From Candidatus Hermodarchaeota archaeon (lineage in GTDB: Archaea; Asgardarchaeota; Lokiarchaeia; Sigyniarchaeales; SOKP01), in assembly GCA_048885525.1 (NCBI GenBank), contig JBHLLP010000057.1, forward strand, positions 1 to 18,051: DNA of 18,051 bases. The letters run 5' to 3'. A model generated the notes under the pieces. The model was not told where the DNA came from. It ran no database searches and saw nothing but the letters and a program-made list of their open reading frames with translations. Positions 7,579 to 16,290 of the stretch are shown piece by piece; within the stretch, counting starts at the first letter, position 1; each line of letters begins with the position of its first letter. A program made the position numbers and the translations under genes.

Positions 7579-8321
7579 AAAATCGACTTTTGTGCAAAAA
7601 TAAAAAAATTATCTCTATCTGAAGGGCCACCAGTTATTTTAAACTCAATTATTCTATAATTCTTTAATAACTTAATAAGTTCTTTTTTAGAAAAAAAATG
7701 ATAAAATCGATTGTATATTTTTTCTTCTTTAGAAAGAGTCCAGGGGACAAATTTATCACCAAAATCCACCAGTCCAATTGATTCTTGGTGTTTTTGATAA
7801 TTCATTATAAATTTTCTTTTTACCCATTCACTAATAAAATAATTTCTAAATCTTTTCTGCCATTTACGCCAAACTGTGAGAATCAAGAAGCCGTCTTTAC
7901 GTAAAAGTTTAAATATTTGTGCTATTGTGCTTTTTCTTATGGATTTTTTTTTAATATGATGTATAGAGGCGATTGTAAAAACATTATCTATGGAATTCGT
8001 TCTAAACGGAAGATATGTGATATCTCCTACTATTAATTGAAAAAATTTTGATTCGAATTGAGAATATTGACTTTTATCTTTTAAATTCGAGTAAGCTATT
8101 TTTATTAATTCAAGAGAGATGTCAATACCAATTAATTTATTAGGAGGAGTATTTATTAAATTAAAATTTCTACCATTTGCACACCCTAAATCTAAACTTT
8201 TTCCATTAAAAGTATATCCTTTATCTTTTAAGTCGTTTAAAAAAAACTCAAGTGGACGCCATGGTTTTTTACGTTTCATATGATAATCTTTTGCGATTTG
8301 GTTATAATTTGAACCCTCCAT
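7575..8321 (-). CDS. Class I SAM-dependent methyltransferase, Trm9/ALKBH8-like (candidate tRNA wobble-uridine carboxymethyl methyltransferase)
   Basis: YNQIAKDYHMKRKKPW, LDLGCANGRN, GIDIS, GDITYLPF, IASIHHI, G.LILTVW, FVPW and RFYHFFSKKEL follow the Trm9 family motif order. ATG at 8321 is preferred over the TTG at 8384, whose extension runs through AT-rich divergent-promoter sequence. Confidence 0.85.
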   Translation of the reverse strand: MEGSNYNQIAKDYHMKRKKPWRPLEFFLNDLKDKGYTFNGKSLDLGCANGRNFNLINTPPNKLIGIDISLELIKIAYSNLKDKSQYSQFESKFFQLIVGDITYLPFRTNSIDNVFTIASIHHIKKKSIRKSTIAQIFKLLRKDGFLILTVWRKWQKRFRNYFISEWVKRKFIMNYQKHQESIGLVDFGDKFVPWTLSKEEKIYNRFYHFFSKKELIKLLKNYRIIEFKITGGPSDRDNFFIFAQKSIF

Positions 8322-8418
8322 GGAATGCAAACTCTTAATATTCGTTATAATATATAAATGATAATATTGATATATAACTTTCAATATATAATATTGAATA
8401 TAATAAGATTATTGAGAC

Positions 8419-10104
8419 ATGAAAAAGATTACTGATATTTTAACTGATTTTTTCTCCATAATGAGAAATGAGATATTAGAATATTACCAAAAAAGTTATT
8501 CTTACTTAAAAGATCTGGTAGCGTACAAAAAAATTGAGTTAAAAAAACAAATTGAATCTCAAAGTGAAAAACAGATCAAAAGCACTCTTGCAAAGATGTT
8601 AAAAGCAATCAAAACTGGCCTAAATACACTTGGTGTATCAATGGATATGCTAAATGAAAATCAAAACAGTTTTCTAGAAACCTTATCTAAAGAAAGAAGT
8701 GCTGTTCAGGATTATAATTCATATTTTGAGAGTTATATGAAAAATTACGTGAATGAAGTTTTATTTAAAATTTTACTTGATTATCTTTTCAATATTGATC
8801 CTAAAAAGCTTGAGACTGTGAATTTGTTTGATCTATTACCTAATCATTTTATTTCGAAAATGGATGAATTCAAGAAAGCAAGAATCAATTCTGAAGATAT
8901 GATAAAAGATTTTCGACAATTTGATTATAAAAGTAATATTAATTTCACAGATTTAACTCTGATCGAATCCAAAAATGGATCTGAGCTAGATATTTTAACC
9001 CAATTAAAAGAAGCAAAGAAAAATTTTATTGAAACGTTAAAAACTCCTAAGAAAGAAGTGCTAAAATCTTCACTAGAACGTATAAAAACAGAATTGGTAC
9101 CTGAAAAAAATACTCTCCTTACTAAAACAGGAATTCAGAACTCATCAATAAGTAATGGAAATCATGAAATAAGAACTTATCCTCAAAGAGAGGAAGGTTT
9201 AACGACCTTTATTGATAGCGGAACTTTTCTTGATAACATTGGATGTTTTCCACCCATTCATTCTGAATTAATTAAAAAATTTAAAATTGATAGAGTGAAT
9301 TTAATAAATTTAAAAGTAGTTAATAGAGAATTTTTTGATTTAGAAAATCTATTTTATTATATATCTATTATTAAAATGCTAGATCTTGAATTTCCTTTTA
9401 CCGAATTTGAAATTCTAGCGATATTAAAGGAACATATAAATAGTGATATGTTTAGTTCTTCAAAAGATAAGTCACCAGATTTACAAAATATCTTCTTTGG
9501 GTTAGCTATTTATTCTGAATTAAATCTATATGATAAAACAGATCAAATTGATATAGTTAAGATTGAACAGTTCCTCAAATCAGAGTTGGAACCATTTATT
9601 CTAGAAAAAGTTCTATCAAATTTTTATTGTGTACTATGCCTAAAACTGTTAGCAGAAAAAAAACCAATTGAATTCAATAAAGATTCAATTTCAAAGCTTG
9701 TCACTGATTTAAATATATTAAAATTAAATAATCCTAAATTACCTTTAGATATATACAACCATCTAGGACTTATAAAATTATTAAATAAGGATTTAAATCT
9801 CTTACAACTTAAACCTCAATATTTTGATGAATTAAAGAAATTAATAGCGTCAAATGGTTCTATAAATGATATAATAACAGATACGGCACAAACTTTACTA
9901 ATTTTTATTCTACTTGATTTGAAAAATCGTGAATCAGAATTATGTAGTAGCTTGGTAAATTATCTCGTTAATAAAACAAAATTTTTCAAAATGGATAATC
10001 TCAATAAAGACTTTAATTGGCGAATTGACAAAATCGGGTTTTCAATAGAGTTAGAAATGTTATATTGGGCTTTATTAGCTAGTTCACAATTTATAACTAC
10101 ATAA
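8419..10104 (+). CDS. Hypothetical helical protein; C-terminal half resembles prenyltransferase-type alpha/alpha toroid repeats
   Basis: 561-aa ORF with recurring D(L)xx(L/I)(F/Y)x helices: DLENLFYYISIIKML, DLQNIFFGLAIYSEL, LSNFYCVLCLKLL, LDIYNHLGLIKLL, NGSINDIITDTAQTLLIF, LEMLYWALLA. Function unknown. Confidence 0.7.
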   Translation: MKKITDILTDFFSIMRNEILEYYQKSYSYLKDLVAYKKIELKKQIESQSEKQIKSTLAKMLKAIKTGLNTLGVSMDMLNENQNSFLETLSKERSAVQDYNSYFESYMKNYVNEVLFKILLDYLFNIDPKKLETVNLFDLLPNHFISKMDEFKKARINSEDMIKDFRQFDYKSNINFTDLTLIESKNGSELDILTQLKEAKKNFIETLKTPKKEVLKSSLERIKTELVPEKNTLLTKTGIQNSSISNGNHEIRTYPQREEGLTTFIDSGTFLDNIGCFPPIHSELIKKFKIDRVNLINLKVVNREFFDLENLFYYISIIKMLDLEFPFTEFEILAILKEHINSDMFSSSKDKSPDLQNIFFGLAIYSELNLYDKTDQIDIVKIEQFLKSELEPFILEKVLSNFYCVLCLKLLAEKKPIEFNKDSISKLVTDLNILKLNNPKLPLDIYNHLGLIKLLNKDLNLLQLKPQYFDELKKLIASNGSINDIITDTAQTLLIFILLDLKNRESELCSSLVNYLVNKTKFFKMDNLNKDFNWRIDKIGFSIELEMLYWALLASSQFITT

Positions 10105-10135
10105 TTAGATAAAAAAAGAATCAGAATTAATATTA

Positions 10136-10744
10136 TTATTTATTTAATTCGAAGACCATTAGTAAAAACTTCTTAACAGTAGGATAGACTTTCCCATTTT
10201 TAACCAATTCATTCCACTTTCTAATTAGTTTTTGATTACTTTCCAATTCTTCTAAAGTTTTTTTACCAATCCTAATCCAATAATCAATATCTATGAGAGG
10301 TGCATTATTTCTAATTCCAGGACAAAATTCTTTTCCCTTTTCAGTGTAAAATATATTTATTAATGATTCTGAATCTGATTTTGACTCATCTAAAATTTTA
10401 AACGAAAATGGAAATGTTCGACAAAAATTAGGTCTCAATTTATAAATTAAGCATTTTCTCTTTTCTGAATTATAAAAATAACAGCCTCCTAGACTATTTT
10501 TAAGAAGAGCAATATATGCTGGCCCTTTTTCTGTTGCAATAGGTTCAATAACCATCTTTTTTTTATTTACATTATTTGTTTTATCACTAAAAACAAAAAA
10601 TCCTAAAAAATCAAGCACTTCATTAATATCTAAATTTAAGCCATTCTTTATCCTTACTATATCTAAATATGTTAAATTTACTAAAGTATTTTTATCGGTA
10701 CAGCAGTTTCCACATCTAATGCATGCAAATCTTAAATTTTTCAT
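10136..10744 (-). CDS. YkgJ family (CxxCxxCC) cysteine-cluster protein, putative Zn/Fe-S binding
   Basis: FACIRCGNCC, GCYFY, CLIYKLRPNFCRTFPF and CPGI motifs. Confidence 0.9.
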   Translation of the reverse strand: MKNLRFACIRCGNCCTDKNTLVNLTYLDIVRIKNGLNLDINEVLDFLGFFVFSDKTNNVNKKKMVIEPIATEKGPAYIALLKNSLGGCYFYNSEKRKCLIYKLRPNFCRTFPFSFKILDESKSDSESLINIFYTEKGKEFCPGIRNNAPLIDIDYWIRIGKKTLEELESNQKLIRKWNELVKNGKVYPTVKKFLLMVFELNK

Positions 10745-10764
10745 TTGTTCCTAGAAAAATAAGC

Positions 10765-10780
10765 AAAAAAAAATAAAAAA
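10765..10780 (-). terminator. Oligo-T terminator-like tract after the 1307-aa gene
   Basis: T6-A-T9 on the minus strand about 20-35 nt after the stop at 10800. Confidence 0.4.
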
Positions 10781-10799
10781 TAATACTTTTTTATGTGAA

Positions 10800-13700
10800 T
10801 TAATTACTTATTGGGATTATTAACTTTTGATTAAGTAATGATTCGATAGCTTCAATAACTAAATCCTTATTTCCTTCACTGACTAATTGAACTATGTGAT
10901 CTAGATCAGAAATTTTATGTTCCGCAGACATCGATTGAATAACATTTATTACTCGTATTTCCATTTTAGACAATTTCTTTTCTTTTTTCATCTTGATAAA
11001 GTTGATATCCTCAGATAATCTAAAATTATCTTTATAATATAATTCAAAATATTCATTTAATATTTCTGGAACCATTTCTTCAAATTCATCTAAACCACCA
11101 TCCCAATTTTCTAATTCATTAGAAAGTTTTAGATTTAATGCTAAAATAAGATTCGAAACTTGTCTTTTTAATCTTTCAGAGGATCTATCTTTAAGAATAA
11201 AAACAGTTCGAATAGCTTCAAAATCAGCAATTAGGCAATAAAATTGTTTGAAATCTAATTCCATCATTTTTTCAACGCCATAACCCAGTCCAGCTCCAAG
11301 AGATTCTGATTCTGGAATCCTTCCTTCAGTGAACTCTTCACCGATCATAGTTATTGCTTGAATAAATCCTGAAAAAAGTTCTTTTTTATGTTTTTCAAGG
11401 ACTGAATAACTTTTTGAATAAATTGGAACACCACTCAACTTATGAATCACTACAATGGCTTGAATATTTTTAAGATCTTTAAATCTTTGAGCTTTAGAAA
11501 GTAATTTGGCTTCTTTTCGACGCCTTCGTGGTAAGAACACATAAGATCTTAAACTTAAAACTCCAAGAGCACTAGCTATAATAATTAATACACCTATTAT
11601 AACCCATAGTAGATAATTTGGTAATTGAGGACCATTAACAGGTTCACCAATAACAATAATAAAGGAATATTGAGTTGTTTTGTATGTTGAATTCTCAGGA
11701 GTTATAATAAGATTGAATTTATGATTACCTCGTAAATCTTCTTGTAATTCAATGAAAGCTTGATATGTCCCAGGGGTGGTTTCAGTCAAATTACCGATAC
11801 CATATTCCCATGAATACTTAACAATTGCATTCTTAAGAGTCATATTAGTATCTGGATCAAGCAGTTGTATTTGAAGATTAATAGTTTCTCCAATTTCTGC
11901 GTTAAAAGAATCTTTAAAACCAATAGGATTAACCTTGATTTCAATTTGATTAATAATTAATTGAAATGAAAATATACTTATCTCATAATTATCCCTTATA
12001 AAACGAATATCAATTAAATTCAATCCCAAAGAAAAATTTAGAGGAATACACCTTATTGATGTATTGTACCAAAAATCAGACGTATATGGTAAATTTATTA
12101 CAGATTTTTCACTGATTAAAGTTAGACCTTCAAAAGATAAGAATTCACTTGTTGCTAAATCAGAAATCCGTACTGATATTGAGAACTCTTCATTAAAAGA
12201 TCGTTCAACTTGATACATCTCTGGAATTTTTAGTGAATCTATATATACTGAGATGTTTACTTGCCTTTTTATTAAAAAAATACCTATTATTATTGATTTT
12301 GATTCAAATCCCTCTTTTTGGAAGCTGATAATTAATGAATGAATCTTATTTACCTCATAAGCGGAGCTGTTGCATGTAATATCATATTCTCCTTGATTTC
12401 TTTCAACAGTATAGGTTTCACCTACCCAATTAGTTGTAGGTGTTGTTGAAATACCTCCTCCAGAAGATTTTATAGTATAATTTAGATGAATTGTAAAATT
12501 ATTATTCCAAATTACTTGCATGGTTGGATATTCTTGAGCTGTGAGGCTTGTCTGTTGAATTATTTCAATGGTCACATTTACTTGGTTATTTAAATATGAA
12601 ATGCTATCGGAATAGATTGTAAGAGTATTATTTCCAGCATCTCCTCCCGTTGTATTAAACTCAAGAAAGTAATAACCCGGACTAATCTCACTAAAATACT
12701 GTCTACCTTCTGTAAAATTATCTAAATATATTTGAGCATTTTGGATTGCATTAAAATTTTCTAAATCGTTATATGATACTTTTAAATTTACTATTTCACC
12801 TTCAAATATCTGGGCATAAAAGTCTTGATCAGCCGTTAACTGAGATTTATGGATTACATTGAATTTTTTATATATAACTCCTGTTTCATTCAACCCGAAA
12901 GTAGAATAAGAATTATTCCATGTAATTATCGCTTCATATTCTCCAACTTCATAATTAGGTGGTGAAACTGGTATTTGAAAAGGATCAAAATATACATATC
13001 CGTTTATATCGGGTGATTTTAAAAGATTCTGAGTAAACCACATAGAACTATTAGGAAATCTTATTTGAAGTTGAGCTTGAGTTTGCTGAATATATCCTGT
13101 AATTAGAGACGTATCAGATATTTTAGCAGTAATGTTAATGTAATCTCCACTCAAAAATTCATCATCTATACTCCATGAACCAGTAGCATTATTGAAAATA
13201 TTTATTTGTTCACAATAATTTGGAGATGTAGCTTTAAATCTCCAAAATCCATCTGGAGTCAATGAAATATTATTAACTGGAACTATAAGAAGTCCTTGAG
13301 TTGATGTATTGCATTCATTTAATCTATTAGTGCTTGGATCTTGAGGTTCAGATACCCAAGTAATTATAAAATCTGAAGGTAAATTAATTCTCATCTCATG
13401 TTCTTCATAACCAGTTGGAACAGAAAAATATGCATAAAAATCCCAATTTGCAATGCTCTTATTACTTACAGAAAAACCTGTACCTAATGAACCAGAATTT
13501 GTTTCATAATTTGTCTCTGGAGAATCTTTTTTAGCATATAAATTTAGGTTTGTCTTTAAATCTATTCCATATCCTCCTAATTCCCAATCATCATTACTGC
13601 TAAAATTTGCGTTAACTAAACTTGTAGTCCATAGGTTATTTTGTTCTATTGTTCCTTTACTCCAATTAATATCATTAACACCTTGATTATTCATTTTTAA

Positions 13701-14723
13701 TTGAATTTGTGAAGGTTTTACCTCTGCTTTCGTTATTAATTGTATATTATCAATGAAAAGTTGCTGAAAATCTTGATTTTCAACACCAGTATATTGCCAA
13801 CTACCCTCTTGATTATAAATAAAAGTGAAATTAAGTTTTAGTAATGAATTATTTATTGGATTTGAATAAATTTGAGATGAATTCCACCAAACTCCCTGAG
13901 AAATGGAAAAAGTTCTCCATGAATCTTTACAAGCTTCCACCAAACTGAGAGCGCCAATTGAATACACATGTTGGTCATTTATAGAAATTCTTAATTCAAA
14001 ATCATTACTTTCCATTAAATGATAATCTCTTACATCAAATTTTAATACACTATCGATTACTCTCCCTCTAGGAATTTTAATAAAGCTAGTCCAATAACAG
14101 CGATCTTGACCATCGTAAACATGAGAATTAGGCGGATTAGGGTCACCTGTAATTTTCAATTCTAAGCAATCATGACCGTCAGTTTCAGGATCACTACTGG
14201 TACTATCTAGATAATTTCCTGCCATGTCACTGTCATCATAATAATCATATTTACCAAAAGTCCAATTTTGAAATTTATTACTGATATAAGAAGTATCATT
14301 TCCAATATCTTGATAATTATTATCATCACCGTAATTAAATGAACCATTACACCAATTCCGCGTATCTAATAATTGATCTATATCTGCTCTTAATTTATAT
14401 CCGTTCCAACCGCTTCCTAAGGGTATGTCTGCAATATCATATGAGTTATTAGTAAAACTGACTGCTAGATTATAATCTGTTCGATTGGCCCAATGAGTCA
14501 CATTTAAAGGGTCGCCTATACCACTATATTTATTATCATATGATAAATCTTGGCTTCTTAAATTCTCAAGTTGAACATCGTTTATATAATCTTCATTATA
14601 ATTATTAATATTTAAGTAATTGTTCATAAAAGAGCTCGATAAGAATATACTTAAGGATAAAGAGATTAAAGTCGTGAAAATTAACAAGAAACTCTTATTT
14701 TTTGGATTATTTAACTTTAGCAT
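10800..14723 (-). CDS. Large receptor-like single-pass membrane glycoprotein with a cytoplasmic longin-like domain and winged helix
   Basis: N-terminal signal/anchor; about 1000-aa beta-rich ectodomain with Ig-like GxY repeats and about 30 N-x-S/T sequons (counted by eye); TM helix near aa1037-1064 followed by RRRRK; cytoplasmic IQAIVVIHKLSGVPIYSKSY...LFSGFIQAI (longin) and a terminal wHTH (LVIEAIESLLNQKLIIP). Confidence 0.85.
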   Translation of the reverse strand: MLKLNNPKNKSFLLIFTTLISLSLSIFLSSSFMNNYLNINNYNEDYINDVQLENLRSQDLSYDNKYSGIGDPLNVTHWANRTDYNLAVSFTNNSYDIADIPLGSGWNGYKLRADIDQLLDTRNWCNGSFNYGDDNNYQDIGNDTSYISNKFQNWTFGKYDYYDDSDMAGNYLDSTSSDPETDGHDCLELKITGDPNPPNSHVYDGQDRCYWTSFIKIPRGRVIDSVLKFDVRDYHLMESNDFELRISINDQHVYSIGALSLVEACKDSWRTFSISQGVWWNSSQIYSNPINNSLLKLNFTFIYNQEGSWQYTGVENQDFQQLFIDNIQLITKAEVKPSQIQLKMNNQGVNDINWSKGTIEQNNLWTTSLVNANFSSNDDWELGGYGIDLKTNLNLYAKKDSPETNYETNSGSLGTGFSVSNKSIANWDFYAYFSVPTGYEEHEMRINLPSDFIITWVSEPQDPSTNRLNECNTSTQGLLIVPVNNISLTPDGFWRFKATSPNYCEQINIFNNATGSWSIDDEFLSGDYINITAKISDTSLITGYIQQTQAQLQIRFPNSSMWFTQNLLKSPDINGYVYFDPFQIPVSPPNYEVGEYEAIITWNNSYSTFGLNETGVIYKKFNVIHKSQLTADQDFYAQIFEGEIVNLKVSYNDLENFNAIQNAQIYLDNFTEGRQYFSEISPGYYFLEFNTTGGDAGNNTLTIYSDSISYLNNQVNVTIEIIQQTSLTAQEYPTMQVIWNNNFTIHLNYTIKSSGGGISTTPTTNWVGETYTVERNQGEYDITCNSSAYEVNKIHSLIISFQKEGFESKSIIIGIFLIKRQVNISVYIDSLKIPEMYQVERSFNEEFSISVRISDLATSEFLSFEGLTLISEKSVINLPYTSDFWYNTSIRCIPLNFSLGLNLIDIRFIRDNYEISIFSFQLIINQIEIKVNPIGFKDSFNAEIGETINLQIQLLDPDTNMTLKNAIVKYSWEYGIGNLTETTPGTYQAFIELQEDLRGNHKFNLIITPENSTYKTTQYSFIIVIGEPVNGPQLPNYLLWVIIGVLIIIASALGVLSLRSYVFLPRRRRKEAKLLSKAQRFKDLKNIQAIVVIHKLSGVPIYSKSYSVLEKHKKELFSGFIQAITMIGEEFTEGRIPESESLGAGLGYGVEKMMELDFKQFYCLIADFEAIRTVFILKDRSSERLKRQVSNLILALNLKLSNELENWDGGLDEFEEMVPEILNEYFELYYKDNFRLSEDINFIKMKKEKKLSKMEIRVINVIQSMSAEHKISDLDHIVQLVSEGNKDLVIEAIESLLNQKLIIPISN

Positions 14724-14877
14724 AGTTTAATCATCATTATATTGCGATTTTTATAAAACTTAATCCCCGTTAGGAAAAATAATGTGACTATATGTAATTT
14801 TAATAAAGTTTCATAAATTTAAATGATTGTAACTATTATTCTATAATGAATTCTCAACTAGTACTCAATGTTTTTTT

Positions 14878-15192
14878 CTAATTTGGTAAGAATTCATTTT
14901 TCAAGTTTTTTAATATAGATTGCTTATCTATTTCGGAGCCGACGTTAATCTCTACACCACGATTATTATAATTATCAGGAGGGATGTTTTCAAATAATGA
15001 AAGTATTAAAATTAGGGCATTAGTAACTAAAGTCCGATTTTGAGTACGCTTTAGATATTTCATTAATTCTATTATTGATTTATCGATCCAAATCTCGATT
15101 TCCTCTCTACTAATCTTTTCTTTTTGGAAATAGTCTAATATTTGCAAATAGTAATCTATTTCTAACTCATCACTATTAGTATTAATTTTCAT
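14878..15192 (-). CDS. Hypothetical small helical protein
   Basis: 104-aa ORF with ATG start preceded by AGGGA; amphipathic helical composition; no overlap with other genes. Confidence 0.7.
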   Translation of the reverse strand: MKINTNSDELEIDYYLQILDYFQKEKISREEIEIWIDKSIIELMKYLKRTQNRTLVTNALILILSLFENIPPDNYNNRGVEINVGSEIDKQSILKNLKNEFLPN

Positions 15193-15618
15193 CTTTCCCT
15201 AGCTTTTACTTTCAGTCTAATTATTTAAACTTCCACCTATTTTTACACTCAATTATTTTTTTAATTTTATGTGATGCTATTCCTCACAAATGGTATATAT
15301 ACTATAAATATTCAATCCTATATGACATATGTCCTAAATTTTTAGTGGAAATATTTTGTGTGTAAAAAATTTTATGATATCTTAATAATAAATCTTCCAG
15401 CTTTCTTATTTTCTATTATAATATATAGATATCATTGTAATCCATTAATGTATGAATTTAATGAAAAAATTTTCCAAAAATAAATTTAGATGGAAGATTA
15501 ATGAAATTGAATAGTAAGAGAACTCAGTTTATTTTTTGCATGAGCCAAATTTAAGACTACTTTGCCTTAATATAATACAATAATTAGAAATAGATAGCTA
15601 AGGTAAGATTATTAATAG

Positions 15619-15754
15619 AGGGGTGAATATAGAATTATTTTAAGGAATAAATGTATTTTCCTGTATTTGTATTAAATGTACTTACTTTGTTGCATAATGT
15701 TTGCATTAGCATATTCGGTACATTGCATAACCTATTTCTCTATATTTCACCCCT
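15619..15754. repeat. Imperfect inverted repeat enclosing nested hairpins (possible structured RNA)
   Basis: AGGGGTGAATATAGA (15619-15633) pairs with TCTATATTTCACCCCT (15739-15754) with a single bulge. Inner stems: AGGAA/TTCCT, AATGTAC/GTACATT, TGC(A)TAATG/CATTAGCA. Confidence 0.5.
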
Positions 15755-15791
15755 TTTTTTATAAAGAAGGATAATTTTTCTGCATTACATA

Positions 15792-15812
15792 ATTAAGACA
15801 AATATGTATATA
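15792..15812 (-). repeat. 21-bp direct repeat copy 1 (TATA-containing, promoter-like on the minus strand)
   Basis: ATTAAGACAAATATGTATATA, 20/21 identical to 16191-16211. Confidence 0.7.
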
Positions 15813-15882
15813 AAACTTATCTTCAAAATTTAAAAATAGTTTTTTCCATCGTCCTTAATTATACTAAAAATACTAAAAGGTG

Positions 15883-16137
15883 TTATAATATTGGAGGTTC
15901 TAATTTTTTTTTTCTTTTCTGTTGTTTCTTTTTCCATTTATCATAATTTTTTTCCAATAAATAAAGATGTAATCCAATCCCCACTATTGTTATAGAAAGT
16001 ATTAGCCAGAGAATCCAAAAGGATAGGGCTATTCTAAAAAAAGGATTAGGTTTAATACCCTCCGTTACCGCAACAAAAATTACTGCAGATAATGATATTA
16101 TTGAAGAAATAGAGCCGCAAACACAATCGACATACAT
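15883..16137 (-). CDS. Small two-TM membrane protein with a basic C-terminal tail
   Basis: Two hydrophobic segments followed by a Lys-rich tail (positive-inside). The frame stays open upstream to 16188, so the true start may be earlier. Confidence 0.7.
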   Translation of the reverse strand: MYVDCVCGSISSIISLSAVIFVAVTEGIKPNPFFRIALSFWILWLILSITIVGIGLHLYLLEKNYDKWKKKQQKRKKKLEPPIL

Positions 16138-16190
16138 CGCCGTCCTCTCACGCTTAGCTCTTGATTGTGCCTTAATTATTACGTTTACTT

Positions 16191-16211
16191 ATTAAGACAA
16201 ATTTGTATATA
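16191..16211 (-). repeat. 21-bp direct repeat copy 2, probable promoter of the small membrane protein gene
   Basis: ATTAAGACAAATTTGTATATA; reads TATATAC... on the minus strand just upstream of the open frame. Confidence 0.7.
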
Positions 16212-16250
16212 GATATTATTCCTCTTTTTTTAAATTAACTATGTAATTTA

Positions 16251-16290
16251 TTGCTAATTTTGCTAATTTCTTAAAAAAAGTATTTATAAT
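16251..16290 (+). promoter_or_regulatory. Candidate acx promoter: tandem 9-mer followed by BRE/TATA
   Basis: TTGCTAATT x2 (16251-16268), then an A7 tract and TATTTATAA (16281-16289). SD-like AGGTGG at 16396-16401. Confidence 0.45.

Noticed and set aside
8322-8384. 21-aa N-terminal extension of the methyltransferase from the TTG at 8384
   Set aside because: Low-complexity AT-rich sequence that would leave only 34 bp for two divergent promoters; family similarity starts just after ATG 8321.
15270-15333. Short palindromes TGTGA-N9-TCACA, GTATATATAC and GACATATGTC
   Set aside because: Each is 10 bp of pairing sequence or less in AT-rich DNA, and the spacing does not match the CRP N6 site; could be operators but not supportable.
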